From the NCBI GenBank assembly GCA_039928945.1, contig JBDSSD010000123.1, positions 1 to 64,000 on the forward strand: a stretch of DNA of 64,000 nt, written 5' to 3'. Below the pieces are notes generated by a model that was given only the letters and a program-made list of their open reading frames with translations, was not told the origin of the DNA and ran no database searches. The stretch comes from Opitutus sp. (GTDB lineage Bacteria; Verrucomicrobiota; Verrucomicrobiia; Opitutales; Opitutaceae). Position numbers and translations under genes: made by a program. This document shows, one piece after another, positions 1 to 7,729 of the stretch (positions are counted from its first letter, which is position 1; every line of letters starts with the position of its first letter).

Positions 1-63
1 GAGAGACCTCGGCGAAAAGTTCGCGGGTGCCGTAGGACTTGGAAACGTCGGCGATGGTAAGCA
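1..63 (-). CDS. ABC transporter ATP-binding protein, N-terminal fragment (gene continues beyond window start)
   Basis: The reverse complement of 1-63 reads ATG CTT ACC ATC GCC GAC GTT TCC AAG TCC TAC GGC.. = MLTIADVSKSYGTRELFAEVS. This is a typical ABC ATPase N-terminus ("L.I.nlsksyG"). Only 21 codons are visible. Confidence 0.5.
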
Positions 64-425
64 TCGGAACCCGCAAGCAAACCCCATGCGAGCCCCCCGC
101 GTCAATGACGCGTTACGCACCGGCTCAGATCTGAATCTCCCACCCCGGAGTGAAATCCCTGCCCCCGAACGAGCTTCACGATTTCGTCCTTCATGCCGGC
201 GCGCGTGGGTAACCTCGCGCGACCACCGCTCCCGCCGTTTCGCAAACCAGCTTGTCACGTAATGCGAGACAAACCCGATCGGAGGTCAGCAGCTCGATTC
301 AGGGCAGCTTCCTGCTGAAGATTCATCTCGGAAGATCGTTCGGCCAATCCGGTCTTGTCACGTATTGCGTGACAAACCGGATCGGTCTCGGCCTGCGAGA
401 TGCCAACGAGATTTGGCCGCGTGGT

Positions 426-1340
426 TTACCGCGCGACGGTGAGCGCGATGCAGCCGGCGACAGCGACCAGTGCGCCGACGATAGAGCGGCGCGTGGGGCG
501 GTCGTGCTCGAGCCAGTAGGCGATGGGGATCGCGAGTAAGGGAGTTGTCGCGGCGATTGGCAGGACGATCCCGCTCGGCGTCGTTGCAAGCGCCCACTGG
601 TAACATCCCACGCCAAGAACCGGGCCGGCCAGGCCGTTGGCGATCATCCAGAGGCGGGCTTTTCGAAGCTGCGGCGGCGTCAGCGTGGCGCTGGGCTCTC
701 GCGCTCTCTTCAGTCGCGAGAGAACGAAGAACCAGATCGCGGTGAAAATCATCCCGGCGAGAATGCGGTGATACGCGGAGTTCAAACCGAAGGTCGCGTT
801 GTGCACGGCTTCACCTGCAGAGGCGGCGACCTCGACCCCTTTACGGCTGACGAGCGCGCCGAATCCCTGGCCGCAGGCCGCGAGAAATCCGAAGGCGAAT
901 CCGACTGGTTTCACGTGAACGCGTGGAGGACTCGCCCGGGTGGGCAACAGAGCGATCGCAACTCCGGTGAGAATAACCAATCCCCACGTCACTTGGGGTA
1001 CGGTGAGCCTGGTGCCGAGCCAGATCCACTCGCCGAACGCCGCGATTGGGGCGGCAAGGCATTGCGTGATCAGCACCGTGAGGCGCGATCCGAGGAAAGG
1101 CAGCGCGCCGTAAACGCCGAGGTCGCCGATGCCCATGCCGATGAGTCCACTCAGCAGAAACCATCCGGTGCTCGCGCTCGCGAAACCGTGGCCGAATGTG
1201 TGCGCGAAGAACCCAAGGACGATCATCCCAATTGCGAGCCGTCCAAGATTTGCGCGCGCCGAACCCGACGCACGCACGCTGTGGCTTGCGCACGTGGCGT
1301 TGAGCGCGAAGAAGAGGGCCGCGAGAAACGAGGGCAACAT
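426..1340 (-). CDS. DMT/EamA-family transporter (10-TM drug/metabolite exporter)
   Basis: The 334-aa ORF is very hydrophobic with two EamA-like halves (..GLIGMGIGDLGVYGALPFLGSRLTV.. / ..GVGCYQWALATTPSGIVLPIAATTPLL..). The likely start is the internal ATG (MLPSFLAALFF), which gives about 300 aa. The track ORF extends to 1430. Confidence 0.7.
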   Translation of the reverse strand: MLPSFLAALFFALNATCASHSVRASGSARANLGRLAIGMIVLGFFAHTFGHGFASASTGWFLLSGLIGMGIGDLGVYGALPFLGSRLTVLITQCLAAPIAAFGEWIWLGTRLTVPQVTWGLVILTGVAIALLPTRASPPRVHVKPVGFAFGFLAACGQGFGALVSRKGVEVAASAGEAVHNATFGLNSAYHRILAGMIFTAIWFFVLSRLKRAREPSATLTPPQLRKARLWMIANGLAGPVLGVGCYQWALATTPSGIVLPIAATTPLLAIPIAYWLEHDRPTRRSIVGALVAVAGCIALTVAR

Positions 1341-1432
1341 GGTCGGCGTCGAAGTGCACGGCGGAGTATTTCCTAATGCGATGGTTTTTTGTGGCGCGTC
1401 GTCGCAGCACCACGCAACTTTCGGCATCACAC

Positions 1433-2479
1433 ATGAAAGCTAAGAAAGCCAAAGTGAAACCCGAGTCCGTCAACGCAACGCTGGCGGCGAAAAAAGGTCC
1501 GGTCTCACAATTCCTCGCCCATCACTATCGCCACTTCAATGCGGCGGCATTGCTCGATTCCGCCAAGGGCTACGAGACGCATCTGAAGGCAGGAGGCAAA
1601 ATGCTTGTCACGCTCGCAGGAGCGATGTCGACCGCTGAACTGGGCCTGACGCTCGCCGAGATGATTCGTCAGGACAAAGTCCACGCGATCGTCTGCACCG
1701 GCGCCAATCTTGAGGAAGATATTTTTAACCTCGTCGCGCACGATTACTACGAACGCGTGCCGCACTACCGTGATCTCACTGCGGCCGATGAGCAGTCGCT
1801 GCTCGATCGTCACATGAATCGCGTGACGGACACGTGTATTCCCGAAGGTGAAGCGATGCGGCGCATCGAAGCGGCCGTGGCGGAGGAGTGGGTGGCGGCC
1901 GACCAATCGGGTCAGCGGTTCTTCCCGCATGAGTTCATGTACAAGATTCTGCGGTCAGGAAAGCTGGTGAAGAGCTACCAGATCGACCCGAAGAATTCCT
2001 GGATGCTCGCTGCGGCGGAGAAGAACCTGCCGATCATCGTCCCGGGTTGGGAAGATGCGACTTTGGGTAACATGTATGCGGGACGCGTGATCACGGGTGA
2101 GATCAAGAATGTTCACACCGTTCGCACGGGCATCGAGTACATGGCGTGGTTGGCGGACTGGTACACCAAGACCGCGAAGCTGTTGAAGAACGGGGAAGGC
2201 TCGATCGGCTTTTTCCAGATCGGTGGCGGCATCGCCGGTGACTTCCCGATTTGTGTGGTGCCGATGTTGCACCAGGATCTTGGTCGCACGAGCGTGCCGC
2301 TCTGGGGTTACTTCTCGCAGATCAGTGATTCGACCACCAGCTACGGCAGTTATTCCGGCGCGGTGCCGAATGAAAAAATCACCTGGGGCAAGCTCGGCCA
2401 GAAGACGCCGAAGTTCATTGTTGAGAGTGACGCGACGATCGTGGCGCCGTTGATTTTCGCGTGGGTGTTGGGTCAGTGA
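1433..2479 (+). CDS. deoxyhypusine synthase-like protein (homospermidine-synthase family)
   Basis: MKAKKAKVKPES..GPVSQFLAHHYRHFNAAAL..KMLVTLAGAMSTAELGLTLAEMIRQDKVHAIVCTGANLEEDIF.. matches the DHS/homospermidine synthase NAD-binding fold. The ATG at 1433 was verified in the sequence. Confidence 0.8.
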   Translation: MKAKKAKVKPESVNATLAAKKGPVSQFLAHHYRHFNAAALLDSAKGYETHLKAGGKMLVTLAGAMSTAELGLTLAEMIRQDKVHAIVCTGANLEEDIFNLVAHDYYERVPHYRDLTAADEQSLLDRHMNRVTDTCIPEGEAMRRIEAAVAEEWVAADQSGQRFFPHEFMYKILRSGKLVKSYQIDPKNSWMLAAAEKNLPIIVPGWEDATLGNMYAGRVITGEIKNVHTVRTGIEYMAWLADWYTKTAKLLKNGEGSIGFFQIGGGIAGDFPICVVPMLHQDLGRTSVPLWGYFSQISDSTTSYGSYSGAVPNEKITWGKLGQKTPKFIVESDATIVAPLIFAWVLGQ

Positions 2480-2551
2480 GGTGAGGGGAGTGAGCGAACC
2501 CGTTGGCATTGCTCGCGCCTACCCGCCGTATTTCGGCATGTGGTTCGGAAT

Positions 2552-2576
2552 GGAGGGACGACCTCCGTGTCGTCCG
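2552..2576 (+). repeat. REP hairpin copy A1 (GGAGGGACGACCTCCGTGTCGTCCG), left flank of the RAYT
   Basis: This 25-mer has a GGACGAC/GTCGTCC stem. The same unit recurs at 3111, 4366, 9966, 10046 and 27890. Confidence 0.8.
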
Positions 2577-2603
2577 TTGCGGCGTGCGCACGCCTTGGGG
2601 CGA

Positions 2604-3095
2604 TCACGCGTGCCATCGTAACACCTCAAGCTCGCCTTGGTATTTCCACTGGTCTGGCTTTGTGACCAGTTCCGCGCGAACCGGATTATTTCGGACGTAT
2701 TCCCACTTCGCGGTGTAACTCTCTCCGACCCGCAATTGGCGGTCCCAGAAATCGCGTTGCCATAGCTTGCCCTCACCTCCTTCTCGTAACCAGCCGATCG
2801 CGCTTCTTGATTTCCACGAATGAATCCAGCGGTGCAAAGGTTCTGCGGGCAAAAGTGCGGGAGCACAGAACAGGTGAACGTGGTCCGGCATCAGAACGTA
2901 ACGGCCGACCGAGTAGTGCGAACAAGCGCGCCAGAATGATAGAAGAAGTTCGTGGAATCGGTCGGTCGCGAGGATGCGGCGACGATGGTACGTGCAAACT
3001 GTAACGAAGAAGATTGTTGCTTGGTTGTGAGTCGCCGACGAGGCCAAGTGGATCGGACGTTTGCGATCGGGGAAAAGAGACTGTTCGGCGTTCAA
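2604..3095 (-). mobile_element. REP-associated tyrosine transposase (RAYT; IS200/IS605-like Y1 HuH transposase TnpA_REP)
   Basis: The 163-aa ORF has the HuH motif (..LMPDHVHLF..) and a catalytic-Tyr region (..AKWEYVRNNPVRAELV..). It is flanked by inverted REPs at 2552-2576 and 3111-3135. The track start is TTG (3093-3095), because an in-frame TGA lies just upstream. Confidence 0.85.
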
Positions 3096-3110
3096 TGCAT
3101 TTAAGCGTTA

Positions 3111-3135
3111 CGGACGACGCGGAGGTCGTCCCTCC
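3111..3135 (-). repeat. REP hairpin copy A2 (inverted relative to A1), right flank of the RAYT
   Basis: cggacgacgcggaggtcgtccctcc is the reverse complement of A1 with one mismatch. Confidence 0.8.
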
Positions 3136-3314
3136 ACAAGAATGCGTTGATTTACGGCGGTAGCTGGAGCGGTTGAAACGAGGTTGGTGTCTTGCGCGGC
3201 CTCACAGGTCGAACTCGACCACGTCGCTCCTCGGGGTGTTTGCAAACTGCTCCAACCCAACAAACGCTTTTCAAGCCACTTTGGGTGATTCCGTTTCACT
3301 CTGGTGCTAACCCC

Positions 3315-4223
3315 ATGCCCGAGCTCCCTGACATCGAAGTCTATATCGACGCTCTGACGAAACGCGTTCTGGGGCGCCGACTCGAGCAGGTGCGGGTCGA
3401 GGATCTGTTCATCCTGCGCGCGGCCCGTCCGCCGATCGATTCGCTCGTGGGACGGCATGTGACCGCGTTCCGGCGGATCGGTAAACGAATCGCGTTCGGC
3501 TTTGAGCAGGATCGCTGGCTCGTGCTGCACCTCATGGTGGCGGGTCGACTTCAGTGGGCGGATACCGGCGCGTCGCTCGCGGCCAAAAACATGCTCGCCA
3601 CCTTGCGATTCGAAACGGGCACGCTTGCGATCACGGAAGCCGGCAAAAAACGACGGGCTTCCCTGCACGTCGTCGACGGTACCCAAGGGCTGTCCGAACA
3701 CGATCCGGGCGGGCTCGAGGTGCTCACGTGCAGTGAGCGGGAGTTCGCCGCTGCACTGACGAGCAGCAACCATACGCTGAAACGCGCACTGACCGATCCG
3801 CACCTTTTCAGCGGCATCGGCAACTCCTTCTCGGATGAGATTCTGCACCGCGCAAGACTGTCGCCCGTCGCACTGACGCAAAAGCTCTCTCCGGAAGAAA
3901 TCGGTCACTTGTTTCGAACTGGGGCCGTCGTCCTGCGCGAATGGACCGAGCGGCTCCTTGAAGAGGCGGTCGAAAAGTTCCCGGCAAAGGTGACGGCTTT
4001 CCGTCCGGAAATGGCCGTGCATGGAAAATTCGGGAAACCCTGTCCGGTCTGTGGTGCGCTCGTTCAGCGCATTGTGTATGCAGAGAACGAGGTGAACTAC
4101 TGTCCTGATTGCCAGACCGGGGGACGCATTCTCGCGGACCGTTCTTTATCGCGTTTGTTGAAAGAAGACTGGCCGCGCTCCGAGGAAGAAGCGGAAGCGC
4201 TCCGACGCCGCGTGCAGGGATGA
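3315..4223 (+). CDS. Fpg/Nei-family DNA glycosylase (formamidopyrimidine-DNA glycosylase / endonuclease VIII)
   Basis: It has the MPELPDIEVY N-terminus (catalytic Pro2/Glu3), an H2TH region and a C-terminal zinc finger (CPVCGALVQRIVYAENEVNYCPDCQ). The ATG at 3315 was verified. Confidence 0.85.
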   Translation: MPELPDIEVYIDALTKRVLGRRLEQVRVEDLFILRAARPPIDSLVGRHVTAFRRIGKRIAFGFEQDRWLVLHLMVAGRLQWADTGASLAAKNMLATLRFETGTLAITEAGKKRRASLHVVDGTQGLSEHDPGGLEVLTCSEREFAAALTSSNHTLKRALTDPHLFSGIGNSFSDEILHRARLSPVALTQKLSPEEIGHLFRTGAVVLREWTERLLEEAVEKFPAKVTAFRPEMAVHGKFGKPCPVCGALVQRIVYAENEVNYCPDCQTGGRILADRSLSRLLKEDWPRSEEEAEALRRRVQG

Positions 4224-4365
4224 TCGTGGGGGCGATCGCTCCCGCTACGGCGAGGAAGTCGTCTCACGCTGAGGTCGCAGCTCGGTAGGGCCGCAACCAA
4301 AACAGCGGAAGCATGAATTCCTCACGCAGAGTTCTCCAAGACCAAGGACAAAACCTAATTTGAAT

Positions 4366-4390
4366 GGAGGGACGGGCTCTGTCCCGTCCG
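4366..4390 (+). repeat. REP hairpin copy A3 (variant stem GGGACGGG/CCCGTCC)
   Basis: ggagggacgggctctgtcccgtccg. Compensatory changes preserve the hairpin. Confidence 0.7.
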
Positions 4391-4578
4391 ACTTGGTTTG
4401 GAAATCGAAAATCGTGTCACGCAGCGTGAAACTTTTTCCGAAGAAGCCACCAGAACCGGATTTGAACAGAAGCGAACAAAGGGAACGAAGAGTGCTTCCT
4501 CGTCGAGCGCCTCTTCGTTCTCTTTGTTACCTTCTGTAAAACGGATTGGTTTCTGGGTTTCGTCTGGATTGTTCCAGC

Positions 4579-5445
4579 TCAGTTCAAAATCTTGTACTGC
4601 TGCTTCCAACCGAGCAGCGACTTTGCGCGATCGTTAGCGATGAGGGCCTGTCGCCCGGCTAGGGGACGCTTGAAGGATTTAACTCCGGGAAGAAAGCGAG
4701 CGATCAACTCCTGCGTGGGGAGGTTGGATGATGTGTCGTCGGCGGCCAGAATTACAGGCACGCAACCGAGACCGTCTTTTTCGATCGCGAGCCGACATGC
4801 GATCCCCACATCGCGCGCGTCAATGTAGGACCACAGAATCCGCAGACGATCTTCGGGATGATCGAACCGCGCACGAACGCCGTCGTAGTCTTCGGGGCAA
4901 AGGATATTTCCGAGACGCAGCGAAATCACCTGCATGCCGGTTCGGCGGTGGAACGCTTCCGCTGTCACTTCATTGAGAACCTTGGTCAGGCCGTAGGTGT
5001 CTTCCGGAAGTTGTGGATGCGCCTCGTCGATCGGAAGGTACTTGGGTTCAAAAAATTCGGAAGCGAAGCAGATGCCGTACGATGACTCGCTGGATGCGAT
5101 CACGACCCGTTGGATGTTCAGAAGCGCGCACGCCTCGAGAACGTTGTACGTGCTGAGGGTATTGACGCGAAAGATCTCATCATTCGGCGCATCGTGCGCA
5201 CGGGGGATGGCGGCCATGTGGATTACTCCGTCGTAAGGTCGACGATCGGCGGTTCCGAACGGTGAGAAAGCGGTCACGACCTGACCGAGCTGCGTGAGGT
5301 CGGCAACAATCGTGCGGCACTGCGAAATCGTGGGGCGCCGCGTATCGACGTTGACGACTTCGTAACCTGCTTCGACGAGATGTTTGACGATCCAGTGGCC
5401 GGCTTTGCCGGAACCGCCGGTGACAAGAATACGATGGGTGGGCAT
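4579..5445 (-). CDS. NAD(P)-dependent epimerase/dehydratase-family oxidoreductase
   Basis: MPTHRILVTGGSGKAGHWIVKHLVEAGYEVVNVD contains the Rossmann GxxGxxG motif. The length (288 aa) fits the extended SDR family. Confidence 0.8.
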   Translation of the reverse strand: MPTHRILVTGGSGKAGHWIVKHLVEAGYEVVNVDTRRPTISQCRTIVADLTQLGQVVTAFSPFGTADRRPYDGVIHMAAIPRAHDAPNDEIFRVNTLSTYNVLEACALLNIQRVVIASSESSYGICFASEFFEPKYLPIDEAHPQLPEDTYGLTKVLNEVTAEAFHRRTGMQVISLRLGNILCPEDYDGVRARFDHPEDRLRILWSYIDARDVGIACRLAIEKDGLGCVPVILAADDTSSNLPTQELIARFLPGVKSFKRPLAGRQALIANDRAKSLLGWKQQYKILN

Positions 5446-5750
5446 TTTGAGCAGAGGGAGGAGGAGAACCGCGAGAAGGTGAGAGAACGGGCGCAGGTTG
5501 TCCGAGATGGCGAGCAGTTTCGAACGAATGCGCGTCGGTTCAAGTGGTTCGCTGGGACGTCGGCCACTCCGACGCAGGCGCGTATGTCACTCCGACGTAC
5601 GCCACTCGAGGTAACCCACGCCGACGTAGCCCGCTCCGGGAGGAGCGGGACCTTCGGCATCAACCGCGTCTCCATATAAAAATTTGTCCGCGCATGAATA
5701 GAATCGTGTGGCGCTCAGATCCCGCTCCTCCCGGAGCGGGCCACGTCGGG

Positions 5751-6341
5751 CTACGCCACGTGAAGTTTCAGCAGACTCACGGCTGCCGTTCGCGCGGCGT
5801 CGGCCGAGTCCGCGGAACCCGTGGCGTGGGCTGCGACAATCGCGCCGTCAATGAGCAGGCTGAGGGTATCCGCCAAGGTCGCGGGATTCCGTGCTCCGGC
5901 GTTTTGGACAATCGTGAGCAAACGCGAGTTCATCTGCCGCTTGTGCGCCCACGCCGTCTGATGGATGGGGTGATCCGGCTCGGGGTACTCGCTCAGCGCG
6001 CGGATAAACGCGCAGCCTTTGAAGTCATCCGTGAGAAACCACTGCTTCAGTCCTTCGAAAACAGCGGCGAGTTGTTTTTGCGGAGTTCGTCCCGCGCGCC
6101 CAATCGCGGCGTCGACGCCCTGAAGGAGGGCCGCGCTGCGTTGCGTAAGCACGGCAACAATCAACTCCTCTTTCGACGCGAAATGATTGTAGAGGGTCAT
6201 CTTTGCGACCTCGGCTTCCGCCAACAGCGTATCGATGCCGACTGCTCGATAGCCGTCGCGGTAAAATAACCGCCACGCGGTCGCGAGCAGATGGTCGCGT
6301 TTCGCGGAGGAGGGGACCGGCACGGCAGGTTGGGCGCTCAT
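5751..6341 (-). CDS. TetR/AcrR-family transcriptional regulator
   Basis: The N-terminal HTH (..LFYRDGYRAVGIDTLLAEAEVAKMTLYNHFASKEELIVAV..) is followed by a ligand-binding C-terminal domain. Confidence 0.85.
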   Translation of the reverse strand: MSAQPAVPVPSSAKRDHLLATAWRLFYRDGYRAVGIDTLLAEAEVAKMTLYNHFASKEELIVAVLTQRSAALLQGVDAAIGRAGRTPQKQLAAVFEGLKQWFLTDDFKGCAFIRALSEYPEPDHPIHQTAWAHKRQMNSRLLTIVQNAGARNPATLADTLSLLIDGAIVAAHATGSADSADAARTAAVSLLKLHVA

Positions 6342-6378
6342 CGTTCAATGTTTGCCGTCTCTGCGGACGTTCGCAACA

Positions 6379-6436
6379 AAATAGACAGATCTGTCTATTT
6401 TGGCTTGCATACCTCAGATAGACAGCTCTGTCTATC
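6379..6436. promoter_or_regulatory. Two near-identical perfect palindromic operators (AAATAGACAGATCTGTCTATTT at 6379-6400; GATAGACAGCTCTGTCTATC at 6417-6436) in the TetR/DsrE-like divergent promoter region
   Basis: Both palindromes are perfect in the sequence. They share the core TAGACAG-n2-CTGTCTA and lie between the TetR start (6341) and the DsrE-like start (6485). Confidence 0.6.
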
Positions 6437-6484
6437 GTGTGTCAGTTCTATCCGATACCGCAAAAACCTAAACCTGTCTCATCC

Positions 6485-6859
6485 ATGAAATCTGCCATTG
6501 TCATCATGTCCGATCCCCAAGCCGGTACGGACGAAGTCCTCGGCCGCCTGCTCAACGGTCTTGCGCTTGCGCACGAAACGCGGGCGGCAGGCGACGAAGT
6601 CGAAATCGTGTTCAAAGGCGCTGGAACCCGGTGGCCGGCTGAACTGGCGAAGCTGGCGCACCCGGCCCATGAGCGCTATCAGTCCGTGCGCGAGCTGGTG
6701 AAGGGAGCCTCATTGGGGTGCGCGACAAAGTTTGGTGCGCGCGACGCGGTGTCGGCCACCGGAGTCGCATTGCTGTCCGACACGCCGTTGCCCGGAACAC
6801 CGGGCGTGGCAGGACTTCGGTCCTATTTCGCAGACGGGTGGAACGTGGCGATCTTCTAA
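6485..6859 (+). CDS. DsrE/DsrF-like family protein (small sulfur-relay-like fold)
   Basis: MKSAIVIMSDPQAGTDEVLGRLLNGLALAHETRAAGDEVEIVFKGAGTRW.. fits the DsrE-like fold. The ATG at 6485 was verified. Confidence 0.6.
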   Translation: MKSAIVIMSDPQAGTDEVLGRLLNGLALAHETRAAGDEVEIVFKGAGTRWPAELAKLAHPAHERYQSVRELVKGASLGCATKFGARDAVSATGVALLSDTPLPGTPGVAGLRSYFADGWNVAIF

Positions 6860-6870
6860 CTCAATCTACG

Positions 6871-7479
6871 ATGAACTCGCATTTCATGGAGCTTGCTTCA
6901 ACGCCCGCCGTTGCGGCGGCGCAGGAACGGTATCAGGGCCGGGCCCAACTCATCGAAAAGACTGGTGGATCCGATCTGCTCACCGAGTCGGAGCGCGAGT
7001 TCATCGAGTCCCGTGACACGTTCTACCTTTCGAGCGTTTCTGAGTCCGGCTGGCCCTACGTTCAACATCGGGGTGGACCGGCCGGGTTTTTGCGGGTCGT
7101 GGGGGAAAACGTCATCGCGTTCGCGGACTATCGCGGAAACCGACAGATGCTCACCACCGGAAACGTCGCCGCGGATGACCGCGTTGCGCTGATCCTGATG
7201 GATTATCCACAGCGATCGCGCCTGAAGATCCTCGGACACGCCACGGTCGTCGCCGCAGCAGACGATCCTGCGCTCGCGAAAAAGGTGGCGATTCCGGGCG
7301 CGCCGGCAGCGGAGCGTCTCGCGAAAATCAAGGTGGTCGCGTTCGACTGGAATTGTCCGAAATACATCACCCCGCGTTATACCAAGTCAGAAATCGAAGC
7401 GGCCGTCGCGCCATTGCGTCAACGACTCGCCGAACTCGAGGACGAGCTTCGCCTCGCTCGAAGTGCGCAAGCGTCGTAG
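6871..7479 (+). CDS. pyridoxamine 5'-phosphate oxidase-family (FMN-binding split-barrel) protein
   Basis: ..LTESEREFIESRDTFYLSSVSESGWPYVQHRGGPAGFLRVVGENVIAFADYRGNRQ.. is the typical PNPOx-like motif. The track ORF is N-terminally over-extended into the DsrE-like gene. The ATG at 6871 was verified. Confidence 0.75.
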   Translation: MNSHFMELASTPAVAAAQERYQGRAQLIEKTGGSDLLTESEREFIESRDTFYLSSVSESGWPYVQHRGGPAGFLRVVGENVIAFADYRGNRQMLTTGNVAADDRVALILMDYPQRSRLKILGHATVVAAADDPALAKKVAIPGAPAAERLAKIKVVAFDWNCPKYITPRYTKSEIEAAVAPLRQRLAELEDELRLARSAQAS

Positions 7480-7574
7480 GTAGTCAGGGCTCGTCGCGGG
7501 TGGCCCCGTGGGGAGAGAGCGGTGTATCGAGCCACACCGTCGAAAGCGGCGTCGAGCCGCCGCACTCCAGAAGA

Positions 7575-7664
7575 CCGCGCGCGCAAGCGCGCTGGCCCAC
7601 GGTGCGGAATACAGGTCTTCTGGAATCGGACGTAGGTCAGCGCGCTTGCGCGCGCTCACGGTGG
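7575..7664. repeat. Inverted pair of family-B GC-rich palindromic repeats (..CGGACGTAGGTCAGCGCGCTTGCGCGCGCTC..)
   Basis: 7575-7604 ccgcgcgcgcaagcgcgctggcccacggtg pairs with 7627-7664 cggacgtaggtcagcgcgcttgcgcgcgctcacggtgg. Family members recur at 25785-25811 and 33545-33576. Confidence 0.6.
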
Positions 7665-7729
7665 TGTGCGCCCGGACTCGCACGGAACGCGGCGCCTTGC
7701 GCCGTGGCAGTAATGCGTAAGCGTGAGGA

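Noticed and set aside
4398-4637. Plus-strand 79-aa ORF in the low-GC island
   Set aside because: It is Ser-rich and low-complexity with no recognisable motif, and it overlaps the epimerase 3' end on the opposite strand. It is retained only as part of the low-GC-island observation.
6718-6870. N-terminal 51-aa extension of the PNPOx-family ORF that overlaps the DsrE-like gene
   Set aside because: The extension is Arg-rich and overlaps the 3' end of the preceding gene in another frame. The conserved domain begins at the ATG at 6871.
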